Shown here: positions 12,744 through 21,611 of the stretch, in pieces
Layout of the letters: each line of letters starts with the position of its first letter
Position numbering within the stretch: the first letter of the stretch is position 1
Notes under the pieces: generated by a model
What the model saw: the letters and a program-made list of their open reading frames with translations, nothing else
The model's database searches: none
Told to the model about the DNA's origin: nothing
Made by a program: the position numbers and the translations under genes
Source of the DNA: Paludibacteraceae bacterium
Lineage (GTDB): Bacteria; Bacteroidota; Bacteroidia; Bacteroidales; Paludibacteraceae
Direction of reading: 5' to 3'
NCBI GenBank assembly: GCA_963668615.2
Contig: CAXXCL010000001.1
Location: 233,521 to 297,520 of the forward strand
DNA length: 64,000 bases

Positions 12744-13805
12744 TCAATACCATCTTTTAGACTTAAGCCAAAAAACAGTTGCTACAGCTGCCACAACTAT
12801 TATACCCCAAGCAAAAATATACCCGTGTTCCCACTCAAGTTCGGGCATACCAGTGAAATTCATTCCCCAGACGCCGGTCAGGAATGTCAGCGGAATGAAA
12901 ATAGTAGAAACGACTGTAAGCCTATGCATTATCTCATTGGTTCGCAAATTATTATTGGAAAGATACAAATTGGCAAGCGATCGAATCATTTCACGACAAT
13001 TATCGTTTAATTCTACGACATAGCGAAAGTGATCATTGATATCATAATAGTAGATAAGGTTCTGTTTTTGAATAAGGGGATTGTCTACTCTGAGCAACCG
13101 ATTGAATTGTTCTTTTAAAGGGCTGACACTTTTGTTAATTTGCATGTAATCGCGTTGCATTTGCTGAAGCTTCTTCCCTATATTTTTGTCTGTTTGGAAA
13201 GTAAAAAGTTTTTCTTCCAGTATTTGCAATTTTTCAACTAGCAATTCAGTATGACCTGTTAAATCTATCAATAAATTATTGAGGAGTAAATTGAATAGGT
13301 AGTCGGATGAATTAGATATTATTTTTTTGCTTCCATTGAAAGCATCAACTACATTATCGAAAATGGATGTATTTGCATCTTGTAGTGTCATTACAAAACT
13401 TTTTCCCAAGAACATGGAAGTATTATATGACTTCAACCGACCTTCTTGATTATGAAAAAGAGAGCTCATTATAGCAAAAAGGTAATGATTATATTCTTCT
13501 ATTTTGGGCAAATGATCGGGATTAAATGCATCCTTAATGTGCATGATATCTATACCGAAAAAGAGGCATAATTTTTCTACTTCTTCTACCTCTTTCAATC
13601 CTTTTACAATCACCCAATGGTTTGACCGGGTATTTTGTATTTTTTGAATTATTTTTTCTGCTACATTTGTCGTAAATGTCGAAAAATCAGAGTCTTTACC
13701 ATACGAAATAACTTGAAAAAGAGTCGGTATTTCTCCTTTTCCACGGTACGAAAGAGCAGCTAACTGGTTGTTTACAAGTTGACCCTTTTGATATTTTCCA
13801 TTCAT
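12744..13805 (-). CDS. corA: CorA-family magnesium/cobalt transporter
   Basis: 353-aa ORF with the GMN signature (GVWGMNFTGMPE) between two C-terminal TM helices. Confidence 0.9.
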   Translation of the reverse strand: MNGKYQKGQLVNNQLAALSYRGKGEIPTLFQVISYGKDSDFSTFTTNVAEKIIQKIQNTRSNHWVIVKGLKEVEEVEKLCLFFGIDIMHIKDAFNPDHLPKIEEYNHYLFAIMSSLFHNQEGRLKSYNTSMFLGKSFVMTLQDANTSIFDNVVDAFNGSKKIISNSSDYLFNLLLNNLLIDLTGHTELLVEKLQILEEKLFTFQTDKNIGKKLQQMQRDYMQINKSVSPLKEQFNRLLRVDNPLIQKQNLIYYYDINDHFRYVVELNDNCREMIRSLANLYLSNNNLRTNEIMHRLTVVSTIFIPLTFLTGVWGMNFTGMPELEWEHGYIFAWGIIVVAAVATVFWLKSKRWY

Positions 13806-13823
13806 TTTTCCAAAATTATAATA

Positions 13824-14129
13824 TTATGCCTCTCCTTGCATTCCCCCAAAGTTCATCGGAATGGGAGGCATCTTTTGATCGGAAAGGTTTATTTTCCCGT
13901 ATTGCTTTTCAAATTTAGCAATATTATCTTGTAAAGCTAACAATAATCGTTTGGCATGTTCTGCATTTAAAACGACTCTGGATTTCACTTTTGCTTTTGG
14001 TGTGTTTGGCATGACACGAGCAAAATCTATAACAAATTCACTGGCAGAATGTGCTATGATTGCCAAATTAGAGTATATACCTTCTGAGACTTCATCTGAT
14101 ATTTCGATGTTAAGTTGATTTTCTTCCAT
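13824..14129 (-). CDS. DUF3467-like small conserved protein
   Basis: 101-aa ORF. The GIYSNLAIIAHSASEFVIDFARVMP pattern recalls the DUF3467 family, assigned from memory only. Confidence 0.55.
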   Translation of the reverse strand: MEENQLNIEISDEVSEGIYSNLAIIAHSASEFVIDFARVMPNTPKAKVKSRVVLNAEHAKRLLLALQDNIAKFEKQYGKINLSDQKMPPIPMNFGGMQGEA

Positions 14130-14148
14130 TGCTTTATTTTTTATAAGA

Positions 14149-14967
14149 TTATATGATTCTTTTTATTAGACGTAATGAGTGAGTGTATTTATTTTGCTCA
14201 GCAGAAAAAATTCCTTGGGGGTAAAAAGCTTCGATTTTGACTCTGCCGGAAGCATGAATAATAGTTTTACTATCGAGTAAAATCCCTACATGAATAATTT
14301 TTCCTTCGGGATTATCAAAAAAAGCTAAATCACCAGCCTTGGCTTGACTAAAAAAATCAACTGTCTGCCCAACTTGGACTTGTTGACTTGCATCACGCGG
14401 GAGTTGTACACCGAACGCCCCAAATATTAGTTGGGTAAAACCAGAACAGTCAATTCCCAAAGCACTTTTTCCGCCCCAAAGGTATGGCACGTTAAGAAAA
14501 AGTGACGAGATTTCAAGTAATGCTTTTTCGGAAAAATCGACATTCCGACGGACAAGATTCTCTTTGCTAATCTTGTATGCTTGCCCTGCAAAAAAGGCTA
14601 TTTCTTTTTTTTCATCGTAATTATAAAACTTACTGCCAAACGTGAGCAGCATGTTTTGTCGTAATTTTTCAGAAAAACAAGGTGCTACAAGATTCTTCAC
14701 CTGCCAAAAATTATCATTTTCTAAATTATCATTTTCAGCTACGGATATTTTTGTTATCATTTTACTATCAACCCATCCATCATAAGAATGATTAATGTTA
14801 TGAATTTTCGTCCATTTTTCGGATTGGTCTTTCACAAAGCACAGCTCTCCGAAAAGCAACTGAGAAAGCATCTCGGCTTTTTCAGAGGGTTCGGCTCGCA
14901 TAGGCAAAAGCGGCACCAAACTTACAGCATAGTGACAATTTATAACTTCTTCAAAAGGAAAACCCAT
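14149..14967 (-). CDS. NlpC/P60 (C40) family peptidase with N-terminal SH3-like region
   Basis: 272-aa ORF with catalytic-type motifs GIDCSGFTQLIF and GKIIHVGILLDSKTIIHA. Confidence 0.85.
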   Translation of the reverse strand: MGFPFEEVINCHYAVSLVPLLPMRAEPSEKAEMLSQLLFGELCFVKDQSEKWTKIHNINHSYDGWVDSKMITKISVAENDNLENDNFWQVKNLVAPCFSEKLRQNMLLTFGSKFYNYDEKKEIAFFAGQAYKISKENLVRRNVDFSEKALLEISSLFLNVPYLWGGKSALGIDCSGFTQLIFGAFGVQLPRDASQQVQVGQTVDFFSQAKAGDLAFFDNPEGKIIHVGILLDSKTIIHASGRVKIEAFYPQGIFSAEQNKYTHSLRLIKRII

Positions 14968-15040
14968 AAGACTATTCTTGTTTTGACTTCACAAATTTAA
15001 GATTATTTACCTAAAATATTGTTGTTAAGATATAAAAAAT

Positions 15041-15048
15041 TAAATTTG
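15041..15048 (+). promoter_or_regulatory. Putative -7 box TAAATTTG
   Basis: Exact TAnnTTTG match. An ATTG lies 19 nt upstream, and the box is 35 nt upstream of the 15083 ATG. Confidence 0.5.
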
Positions 15049-15082
15049 CCTAAAATTACTTTCTTATAAATAAATATAGGAT

Positions 15083-17167
15083 ATGAGTGAGAGCTTAAAG
15101 GAAGGAAGAAAGAAAAAAATCTTTAACGAAATAATCAAGAATGCCTTGTTCGTTCTTGCAACGCTCCTTATTATTTGGTTTTTTCCTCATGACGCTCAAT
15201 ACAAATACCAATTTAGCGAAGGAAAGCCTTGGCAGTATGATTTATTAACTGCGACCTTTGACTTTCCCATCTATAAAACAGAAAGAGAACTAATTATTGA
15301 TCGGAATAATATTCTAAAGGCAAATAAACCATATTTTAAGGTTAATTCTTCGAAAGAAAACGAGAAAATAAATCTTTTGTATAAGGATATTGATAAAAAT
15401 ATTCAGGGAGACAGTTCTCTTGCCAACAATAACCTTTATTTTGATTTTCTAAAAAAACAGCTTCACTATGTTTATTCAGTAGGCGTTTTGGATGATGCAC
15501 AGTATATAAATTTAGCGAACAAACAGGTAAAGTATGTAGTTATTGTGGAACATAATGTGGGAAAAACCCGCAACATAGCGGATATTTTTACAGAATCCAA
15601 AGCCATTGAATATATCTTCAGCCAAATACCCAAGGGACTTTCAGTTTCAAAAATCAAAGATGTTCGACTTAGCAAATACATTGAAAGCAACTTAAGCTAC
15701 GATTTGGAAATCACCAATAAAATAAAATCAGATGAACTAAACAATATTTCCATCACCTCGGGGAGAGTACAAGCTGGGGAAAGAATTATAGATAGAGGGG
15801 AAATTGTAAGTCCTGAAAAGTTTAAAATTTTGGATTCCTTGAAGAAACAATACCAGCAAGAGGGCAGCAAAAAAAGTCAATACGTTGTTATTGCAGGTCA
15901 GTCCTTAATTGTATTTTGTCTTATATTACTTTTCTACTTGTATACTCGGCTATTTAGGAAGAAATTTTTTACCAGTAAACGGTTTGTAACGTTAACATTG
16001 CTTCTTATCGTTGGGTTTACACTCATAACGTCAGTGGTTGTACAACGCCTCAATCCAACATTTGTATATCTTATTCCCTATTGTTTGATTCCTATCGTAA
16101 TAAGTACATTTTTTGATACTCGAACGGGGCTTTTTTCTCACATCATCACTGTTTTACTGTGCTCTTTTATGGTTCCTCTTCCTTTTGAATTCGTATTGTT
16201 GGAAATAACAGCCGGCATGGTTGCCATCCATAGTTTGAAAGATCTTTCTCAACGATCTCAATTAGTACAATCCGCGATTATGATTTTCACGAGTTACTGC
16301 CTTATGTATTTTGGCTATGGTATGACGTTGGATGGTGATTTTTTGCAAATTAAATGGATTATCTTCATTTTTTTCTTAATCAATGGCATTTTGCTACTTT
16401 TTGCTTATCCGCTCATCTATATTTTCGAAAAAGCATTTGGGTTTATTTCCAATGTCACATTGGTCGAATTATCAAACATCAACAATCCCGTTTTGCGGAA
16501 ACTCTCAGAATTAGCACCCGGCACTTTTCAACATTCAATGCAAGTTTCTAATTTAGCTGCAGAGATTGCAGTTAAAACGAAGGCTAATCCACTTTTAGCA
16601 AGAACAGGAGCCATGTATCATGACATTGGCAAAATGAAAAACCCAGCTTTCTTTGCTGAAAATCAGAGTAAAGGAAATAATCCGCATGACCAATTGAGTT
16701 ATGAAGACAGTGCCAAAATCATTATTCAACATGTTGCAGATGGAGTAGAAATTGCTAAGGAAGCCAAGATTCCTAAAATGGTTATCGAATTTATAGAGAC
16801 ACACCATGGAAAAAATAAAGTACGGTATTTTTATAATTCTTTTAAAACGAAATTTCCGGACAAAAAAATTGACGAGGATATATTTACCTACAAAGGATTG
16901 ATTCCGTACACGAAAGAGACGGCTATTGTAATGTTATGTGATTCAGTAGAAGCGGCGTCTAGAAGCTTGCCCGAATATACCGACGGTTCCATCAATGATC
17001 TGGTTGAAAATATTATTAATTCCCTTTTGGCAGACGGGGCTCTAAATAATGCTCCTTTAACGCTAAAGCAAATTTCTTTAACAAAACATATTCTCAAAGA
17101 AAAGCTAAAGAATATTTATCATACACGTATTGCTTATCCTGAACTAACTAACAATATCAAACCATGA
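15083..17167 (+). CDS. 7TM-receptor/HDIG-domain metal-dependent phosphohydrolase (PgpH/YqfF-like)
   Basis: 694-aa ORF with an N-terminal extracytoplasmic region, a multi-TM block and a C-terminal HD domain (MYHDIGK, ETHHG). Confidence 0.85.
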   Translation: MSESLKEGRKKKIFNEIIKNALFVLATLLIIWFFPHDAQYKYQFSEGKPWQYDLLTATFDFPIYKTERELIIDRNNILKANKPYFKVNSSKENEKINLLYKDIDKNIQGDSSLANNNLYFDFLKKQLHYVYSVGVLDDAQYINLANKQVKYVVIVEHNVGKTRNIADIFTESKAIEYIFSQIPKGLSVSKIKDVRLSKYIESNLSYDLEITNKIKSDELNNISITSGRVQAGERIIDRGEIVSPEKFKILDSLKKQYQQEGSKKSQYVVIAGQSLIVFCLILLFYLYTRLFRKKFFTSKRFVTLTLLLIVGFTLITSVVVQRLNPTFVYLIPYCLIPIVISTFFDTRTGLFSHIITVLLCSFMVPLPFEFVLLEITAGMVAIHSLKDLSQRSQLVQSAIMIFTSYCLMYFGYGMTLDGDFLQIKWIIFIFFLINGILLLFAYPLIYIFEKAFGFISNVTLVELSNINNPVLRKLSELAPGTFQHSMQVSNLAAEIAVKTKANPLLARTGAMYHDIGKMKNPAFFAENQSKGNNPHDQLSYEDSAKIIIQHVADGVEIAKEAKIPKMVIEFIETHHGKNKVRYFYNSFKTKFPDKKIDEDIFTYKGLIPYTKETAIVMLCDSVEAASRSLPEYTDGSINDLVENIINSLLADGALNNAPLTLKQISLTKHILKEKLKNIYHTRIAYPELTNNIKP

Positions 17168-19254
17168 AAACCAAACACTTTTACTTCTGCGTTATACTTT
17201 GGATTTTATTTTCCATGAGTAACGCTTGTGCTCAGAAAATGGAATTTAAGCCTGTGAATGAAGAGTTAACGAAATATTATTCTTCTGATTTGCCTACCTC
17301 CTATATTCCACTTCCATTCAAAATAGAACATAATCAGGAAGGTAAACGTACTACAAAATCACTCCCCGCTTCTTATGATTTACGTAATTTAAATGGTGTT
17401 AGTTATGTACTATCCCCAAGAAATCAGGTAAATAACGGACCTTGTTGGGCATTTGCAGCAACCGATGCGGTACAATCAACATTCTATCTTCAAGGCTATA
17501 GAGAAGGCTATCTTTCTCCTCAATTACTAACAAATTGTCATGGATTTGAATACACAAAAACACAAGGAGGCAATTCATTAATTGCAACAGCTTGTTTTGC
17601 AAGATTGTTAGGTCCAGCATACGAAGATTCTGTCCCATATATTTTCGGAAATACTACATGCCCTACCGTAACTAAAGCTGATTTTCCTGCTTATGTGTCG
17701 GATATTATCATGTTACCGGATGATATTAGCACAGTCAAAGAAGCTATTATGGAAAATGGTTCTGTAACATCAAGAATGTTCTACAGTTCCTCATATTATA
17801 ACTCGTCAAATTACACCTATTATTACGATCATAGTGGCACTTATGGAGTTAATCACGGAATAAGTATTGTAGGATGGGATGATTCAAAGACGGTTACCGG
17901 AAACACTAGTGGCACACCGACAAGTACAGGAGCTTGGATTGTAAAAAATACGTGGGGAACAAACACCATGGATGGAGGATACTTTTATGTGTCTTATGAG
18001 GACAAATATGTTGGAACTGAATGTTTTTCTTTTACCAAAAGAGTTGATAAGGATGAAATTGACAATCTATACCTGTACGATTACTTGGGAATGACAAGTT
18101 GTATAGGATACGGAGTTGGGAATGCGGCATATGGGAAGGTAAAATACACAGCTCCAAAACGCGAAAAGGTAACGGATATAGGGACATTCCTCTCAGAGGA
18201 TAATACGCAAGTGAAATATTGGATTTTCAGTGATGCCAGTTTGACCAAAATGGTTGGCTATTCAGCAAATACTTCATTCGAAAATGCCGGATTTTACAGT
18301 ATAGATCCGGTAAATCCCACTTATGTTGAAGGAGATTTTTATATTGTAGTCCGTTATTTATCAACCACAAAGTCATACGTTCTTCCCATCGAAACAGTAA
18401 TTTCAGGATACAGTAACCCGACAATACAAAATTCCGGTTTGCAATGGGTTAGCTCAAACGGATCAACATGGAATAACGTAGGAACGGATATATCAGATAA
18501 ACAATTTAACTTGTGTATAAAAGCCTATACCAAGAATTCGACTCCTCCTGCAAATGATAGCATTAAAAATGCCTCTTTACTAAATGAGGATGTTCTATAC
18601 GAATCTCTCACCAATGAAGGTGCTACTGTAGAAACTAATGAACCTTGTCCTCCATACTCAACTGCTGATACAAGTTGCTACTCGCAAAAAACTTGGTGCC
18701 CTGAAGGAGGTTTACAAAATTCTGTTTGGTTTAAATTTGTTGCAACAACCAATTCCGTTTCGATTGAAACAGAGGGCTTTGATGATCAGATTGCACTTTG
18801 GACTGCGACAGACGATGATTGGAAAAATATAGTTAGTGGAAACACCTCCAACTATCAACTTATTGCAGCCAATGATGACAAGGACGCCTCAAATGCTTCA
18901 GGGACAATTACGAACACTAGCGGATTGACAATAGGCAAAACCTACTTTATACAGGTAGATGGCTCCTCGGGAGGAAAAGAAGGAACTTTTTCTATCATCA
19001 TTAATACAAATCCAACAGATATTACAGAACAAAAAAACAACTTGAATATATTTGATGAGAATGGAGAAATTAAGTCGGAAATTTTTCAAACAGTAGATAA
19101 AATTGAAGTGTATGAAATTGGCGGAAAATTGATGCAAACAATTACTTCGAACGATTCAAAAACAATTCAAAAACTTCCTTCTAAACAAGTATATATCCTT
19201 AAATTGTACAATAAAAATAATACTATACAAAGTATAAGCTTTGTAAATTCTTGA
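17164..19254 (+). CDS. Secreted papain-like (C1 family) cysteine peptidase with T9SS C-terminal sorting domain
   Basis: 696-aa ORF with a signal peptide, catalytic Cys context NNGPCWAFAATDAV and His context VNHGISIVGWDD. The C-terminal approx 80 aa is CTD-like (IEVYEIGGKLMQTI...VYILKLYNKNNTIQSISFVNS). The start overlaps the upstream stop (ATGA). Confidence 0.8.
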   Translation: MKTKHFYFCVILWILFSMSNACAQKMEFKPVNEELTKYYSSDLPTSYIPLPFKIEHNQEGKRTTKSLPASYDLRNLNGVSYVLSPRNQVNNGPCWAFAATDAVQSTFYLQGYREGYLSPQLLTNCHGFEYTKTQGGNSLIATACFARLLGPAYEDSVPYIFGNTTCPTVTKADFPAYVSDIIMLPDDISTVKEAIMENGSVTSRMFYSSSYYNSSNYTYYYDHSGTYGVNHGISIVGWDDSKTVTGNTSGTPTSTGAWIVKNTWGTNTMDGGYFYVSYEDKYVGTECFSFTKRVDKDEIDNLYLYDYLGMTSCIGYGVGNAAYGKVKYTAPKREKVTDIGTFLSEDNTQVKYWIFSDASLTKMVGYSANTSFENAGFYSIDPVNPTYVEGDFYIVVRYLSTTKSYVLPIETVISGYSNPTIQNSGLQWVSSNGSTWNNVGTDISDKQFNLCIKAYTKNSTPPANDSIKNASLLNEDVLYESLTNEGATVETNEPCPPYSTADTSCYSQKTWCPEGGLQNSVWFKFVATTNSVSIETEGFDDQIALWTATDDDWKNIVSGNTSNYQLIAANDDKDASNASGTITNTSGLTIGKTYFIQVDGSSGGKEGTFSIIINTNPTDITEQKNNLNIFDENGEIKSEIFQTVDKIEVYEIGGKLMQTITSNDSKTIQKLPSKQVYILKLYNKNNTIQSISFVNS

Positions 19255-19298
19255 TTGCTTGTCAATTAACACGGAACATTATACAGATTATTCCAGAT

Positions 19299-19336
19299 AC
19301 TCCATAAAGGAAATATTAATCTTCCTTTTATGGAGT
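19299..19336 (+). terminator. Hairpin downstream of the C1 peptidase gene
   Basis: ACTCCATAAAGGAA and TTCCTTTTATGGAGT form an inverted repeat with one bulge and a 9-nt loop. The T-tract is weak. Confidence 0.5.
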
Positions 19337-19358
19337 ATTTGATTAATTTTTAAAGTAT

Positions 19359-19793
19359 ATGAAAAAAATAACATTAATTATAGGCGTAATCTTTATGTGT
19401 TTTGCTGCAAAAGCAGAATATAATAAAGACATAATGATCGAACCTGTATTAAAAACCGATACGACTTCAATCGGGCAAAAAATTATTTTTCCGAATTTCA
19501 CCAATAACGAGGTTACAATATGTAAAATAACTATTCCGAAAGCAGCATCAACAGGTTGGCACAAGCACGAAACGCCTGTATTTGCCTATGTTTTAAAAGG
19601 CAATTTAACCATAGAATTAGAAAATGGAAAGAAAATGCGATTCCCTGAAAACTCATCATTTGCAGAAGTAATAAATACTTTTCATAACGGAGTAAACCAA
19701 GGAAATGAAGATGTTATTTTGATCGCTTTTTTCTTGGAAAATAAGGGTGAAAGATTATCTATACCAAGAAATAATCTTATTACAACTAAATGA
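19359..19793 (+). CDS. Secreted cupin-domain protein
   Basis: 144-aa ORF with a signal peptide and cupin-like GWHKHETPVFAYVLKG...FHNGVN motifs. Confidence 0.7.
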   Translation: MKKITLIIGVIFMCFAAKAEYNKDIMIEPVLKTDTTSIGQKIIFPNFTNNEVTICKITIPKAASTGWHKHETPVFAYVLKGNLTIELENGKKMRFPENSSFAEVINTFHNGVNQGNEDVILIAFFLENKGERLSIPRNNLITTK

Positions 19794-19799
19794 TTTAAC

Positions 19800-19807
19800 T
19801 ATTTTTG
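19800..19807 (+). promoter_or_regulatory. Putative -7 box TATTTTTG
   Basis: TAnnTTTG match 23 nt upstream of the 19830 ATG. Confidence 0.35.
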
Positions 19808-19829
19808 TTATACGTACTTATTATAATCA

Positions 19830-20756
19830 ATGGAGAGAAAGAATATCGAATCGAACAATAATGCAAATGTAAAAAAAACATTATTAGGCATTAACGATGT
19901 GGAAAATCTTTCTTCTATTTTTAAGGGAAGAATCGGGAATGAATTGGCTCGGCAACTAATGTATCTCTTTGGAATAAACAAAATAAATGCGGCATACGAA
20001 AGTGCTTGCGATTACACAGGAGCAGCCTTTGCAACAGAATTACTGAAAAATATAGGTGTTCAGTATCAAATTGGCAATGTAGAACGATTAAAGGAGCTGC
20101 CAGAAGGAGCTTTCATAACTATCTCCAATCACCCATACGGTGGCATTGACGGAATTATGTTAATTGACTTAATAGCAAGTATGCGTTCTGATTACAAGAT
20201 AATGGTAAACAAAATTCTTTCCCTTATTAAAACAATGGAAGAAAATTTCATTTCGGTAACCCCTACAACGAATAAAAAAGCCGAAGCAACGACTAACCTC
20301 AATGGTATTAGAGAAACGTTAGAACTTCTTAAAAATGGTCATCCCGTTGGATTTTTTCCTTCAGGAGCGGTCTCTGATTTCAGAATAAAAGATTTCAAAA
20401 TAAAAGATCGAGAATGGCAAGAGGGTATTATAAGACTTATTAAGATGGCAAAAGTCCCCATTGTTCCAATTCGCTTTTTTGACAGAAACTCTACTCTTTT
20501 CTACTTTTTAGGTGTTATTGATTGGAGAATAAGAAGCATACGAATGCCTCATGAAATTTTCAACAAACAAAACCAGAAACCTCGCATAGGTATTGGTTCG
20601 ATTATTTCTGTAGAAGAACAAAAACAATTTACAAACAATAAATCTTTTGGCGATTTTTTACGAAAATCCGTTTATGATATGCCCGAACCTGTTTTTTATA
20701 CTCCCCGAAAGGCACTGAACATTAATAGCAACTTAAATGAAAAAAACAAACGTTAA
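19830..20756 (+). CDS. Lysophospholipid (PlsC-type) acyltransferase family protein
   Basis: 308-aa ORF with an acyltransferase block I-like ISNHPYGGIDG and a block III-like FFPSGAVS. Confidence 0.6.
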   Translation: MERKNIESNNNANVKKTLLGINDVENLSSIFKGRIGNELARQLMYLFGINKINAAYESACDYTGAAFATELLKNIGVQYQIGNVERLKELPEGAFITISNHPYGGIDGIMLIDLIASMRSDYKIMVNKILSLIKTMEENFISVTPTTNKKAEATTNLNGIRETLELLKNGHPVGFFPSGAVSDFRIKDFKIKDREWQEGIIRLIKMAKVPIVPIRFFDRNSTLFYFLGVIDWRIRSIRMPHEIFNKQNQKPRIGIGSIISVEEQKQFTNNKSFGDFLRKSVYDMPEPVFYTPRKALNINSNLNEKNKR

Positions 20757-21192
20757 ATTGGAGTTACGAATTGATTGGAGTGAAATTGATGCCTTCGGAC
20801 ATGTGAACAATCTGTCTATTCTGAAATACGTACAAGCTGCAAGGGTCAACTATTTAGAAATAATAGGTTTAATGCAAATGCAAGCAACAATCAAGATTGG
20901 ACCAATTCTGGCTTCTACAACTTGCCAATTTCGAAAACCATTATTCTACCCGGGACAGGTTACCATATATACTAGCGTTGACAATGTGAAAAATTCCAGT
21001 TTTCACGTTCAACACCAAATTATGAACGACAAAAAAGAGTTGGTGGCAGAAGCTCAGGACGTTATCGTATTTTATGACTTTAATAAAAACACCAAATTGA
21101 CCATTTCTGCTGAGATTAAAGAAAAAATAGCAAAATTGGAAGGCACTGATTTTTGGAAGAATATTGATGAAAATGTACAACAAGATTATTAA
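20737..21192 (+). CDS. Acyl-CoA thioesterase, hotdog fold (YbgC/4HBT-like)
   Basis: 151-aa ORF with RIDWSEIDAFGHVNNLSILKYVQAARVNYL, typical of 4HBT thioesterases. It overlaps the upstream gene by 20 nt. Confidence 0.75.
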   Translation: MKKTNVKLELRIDWSEIDAFGHVNNLSILKYVQAARVNYLEIIGLMQMQATIKIGPILASTTCQFRKPLFYPGQVTIYTSVDNVKNSSFHVQHQIMNDKKELVAEAQDVIVFYDFNKNTKLTISAEIKEKIAKLEGTDFWKNIDENVQQDY

Positions 21193-21251
21193 AAAATTTA
21201 GGGTTGAGGAGATATGTGTTTTAGAAATATATCTACATATACCCATAAAAC

Positions 21252-21287
21252 AAAAAAAACTGTAAATCAATCGATTTACAGTTTTTT
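21252..21287. terminator. Bidirectional hairpin terminator
   Basis: An A-run, the stem AAAACTGTAAATC / GATTTACAGTTTT and a T-run. It lies between the convergent thioesterase (+) and tRNA-Gln (-) genes. Confidence 0.6.
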
Positions 21288-21297
21288 AAACTCATTG

Positions 21298-21368
21298 TTG
21301 TCTCACTAGGATTCGAACCTAGACAAGCAGATTCAGAAACTGATGTGCTACCATTACACCATGAGACA
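21298..21368 (-). tRNA. tRNA-Gln (anticodon CTG)
   Basis: Hand-folded cloverleaf. The acceptor is TGTCTCA/TGAGACA with U8, the D arm is GTGT..GCAC, the anticodon loop is TTCTGAA and the T arm is CTAGG-TTCGAAT-CCTAG. CCA is not encoded. The anticodon stem has U27-C43 and U31-U39 mispairs. Confidence 0.75.
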
Positions 21369-21450
21369 AAAAAAAACTAAATAAACTCTATCTACCAAAA
21401 GCATAAAAGCCTGACTATCCATTTTGACGATCAGACTTTTACCTATTTTG

Positions 21451-21521
21451 TTGTCTCACGAAGATTCGAACTTCGACAGGCAGAACCAAAAACTGCAGTG
21501 CTACCATTACACCATGAGACA
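21451..21521 (-). tRNA. tRNA-Gln (anticodon TTG)
   Basis: Hand-folded. The acceptor and D arm are identical to the neighbouring tRNA-Gln. The anticodon arm is GCAGT-TTTTGGT-TCTGC and the T arm is CGAAG-TTCGAAT-CTTCG. Confidence 0.85.
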
Positions 21522-21564
21522 AGGTAAAAATTACAGACCTACTAATTGAACTGTAATTTCGGGG

Positions 21565-21572
21565 CAAAGGTA
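21565..21572 (-). promoter_or_regulatory. Putative -7 box (TACCTTTG) for the tRNA-Gln pair
   Basis: The reverse complement of caaaggta matches TAnnTTTG. It lies 43 nt upstream of the tRNA 5' end. Confidence 0.45.
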
Positions 21573-21611
21573 GATTCTTTTGAAGAATTTACCAAATTTT
21601 TACTTGTGTTT

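Noticed and set aside
21523-21560. Inverted repeat AAATTACAG(14 nt)CTGTAATTT between the tRNA-Gln promoter box and the tRNA 5' end.
   Set aside because: It could be a tyrS terminator or a tRNA leader structure. The stem is only 9 bp of AT-rich sequence with a large loop, so it is not convincing either way.
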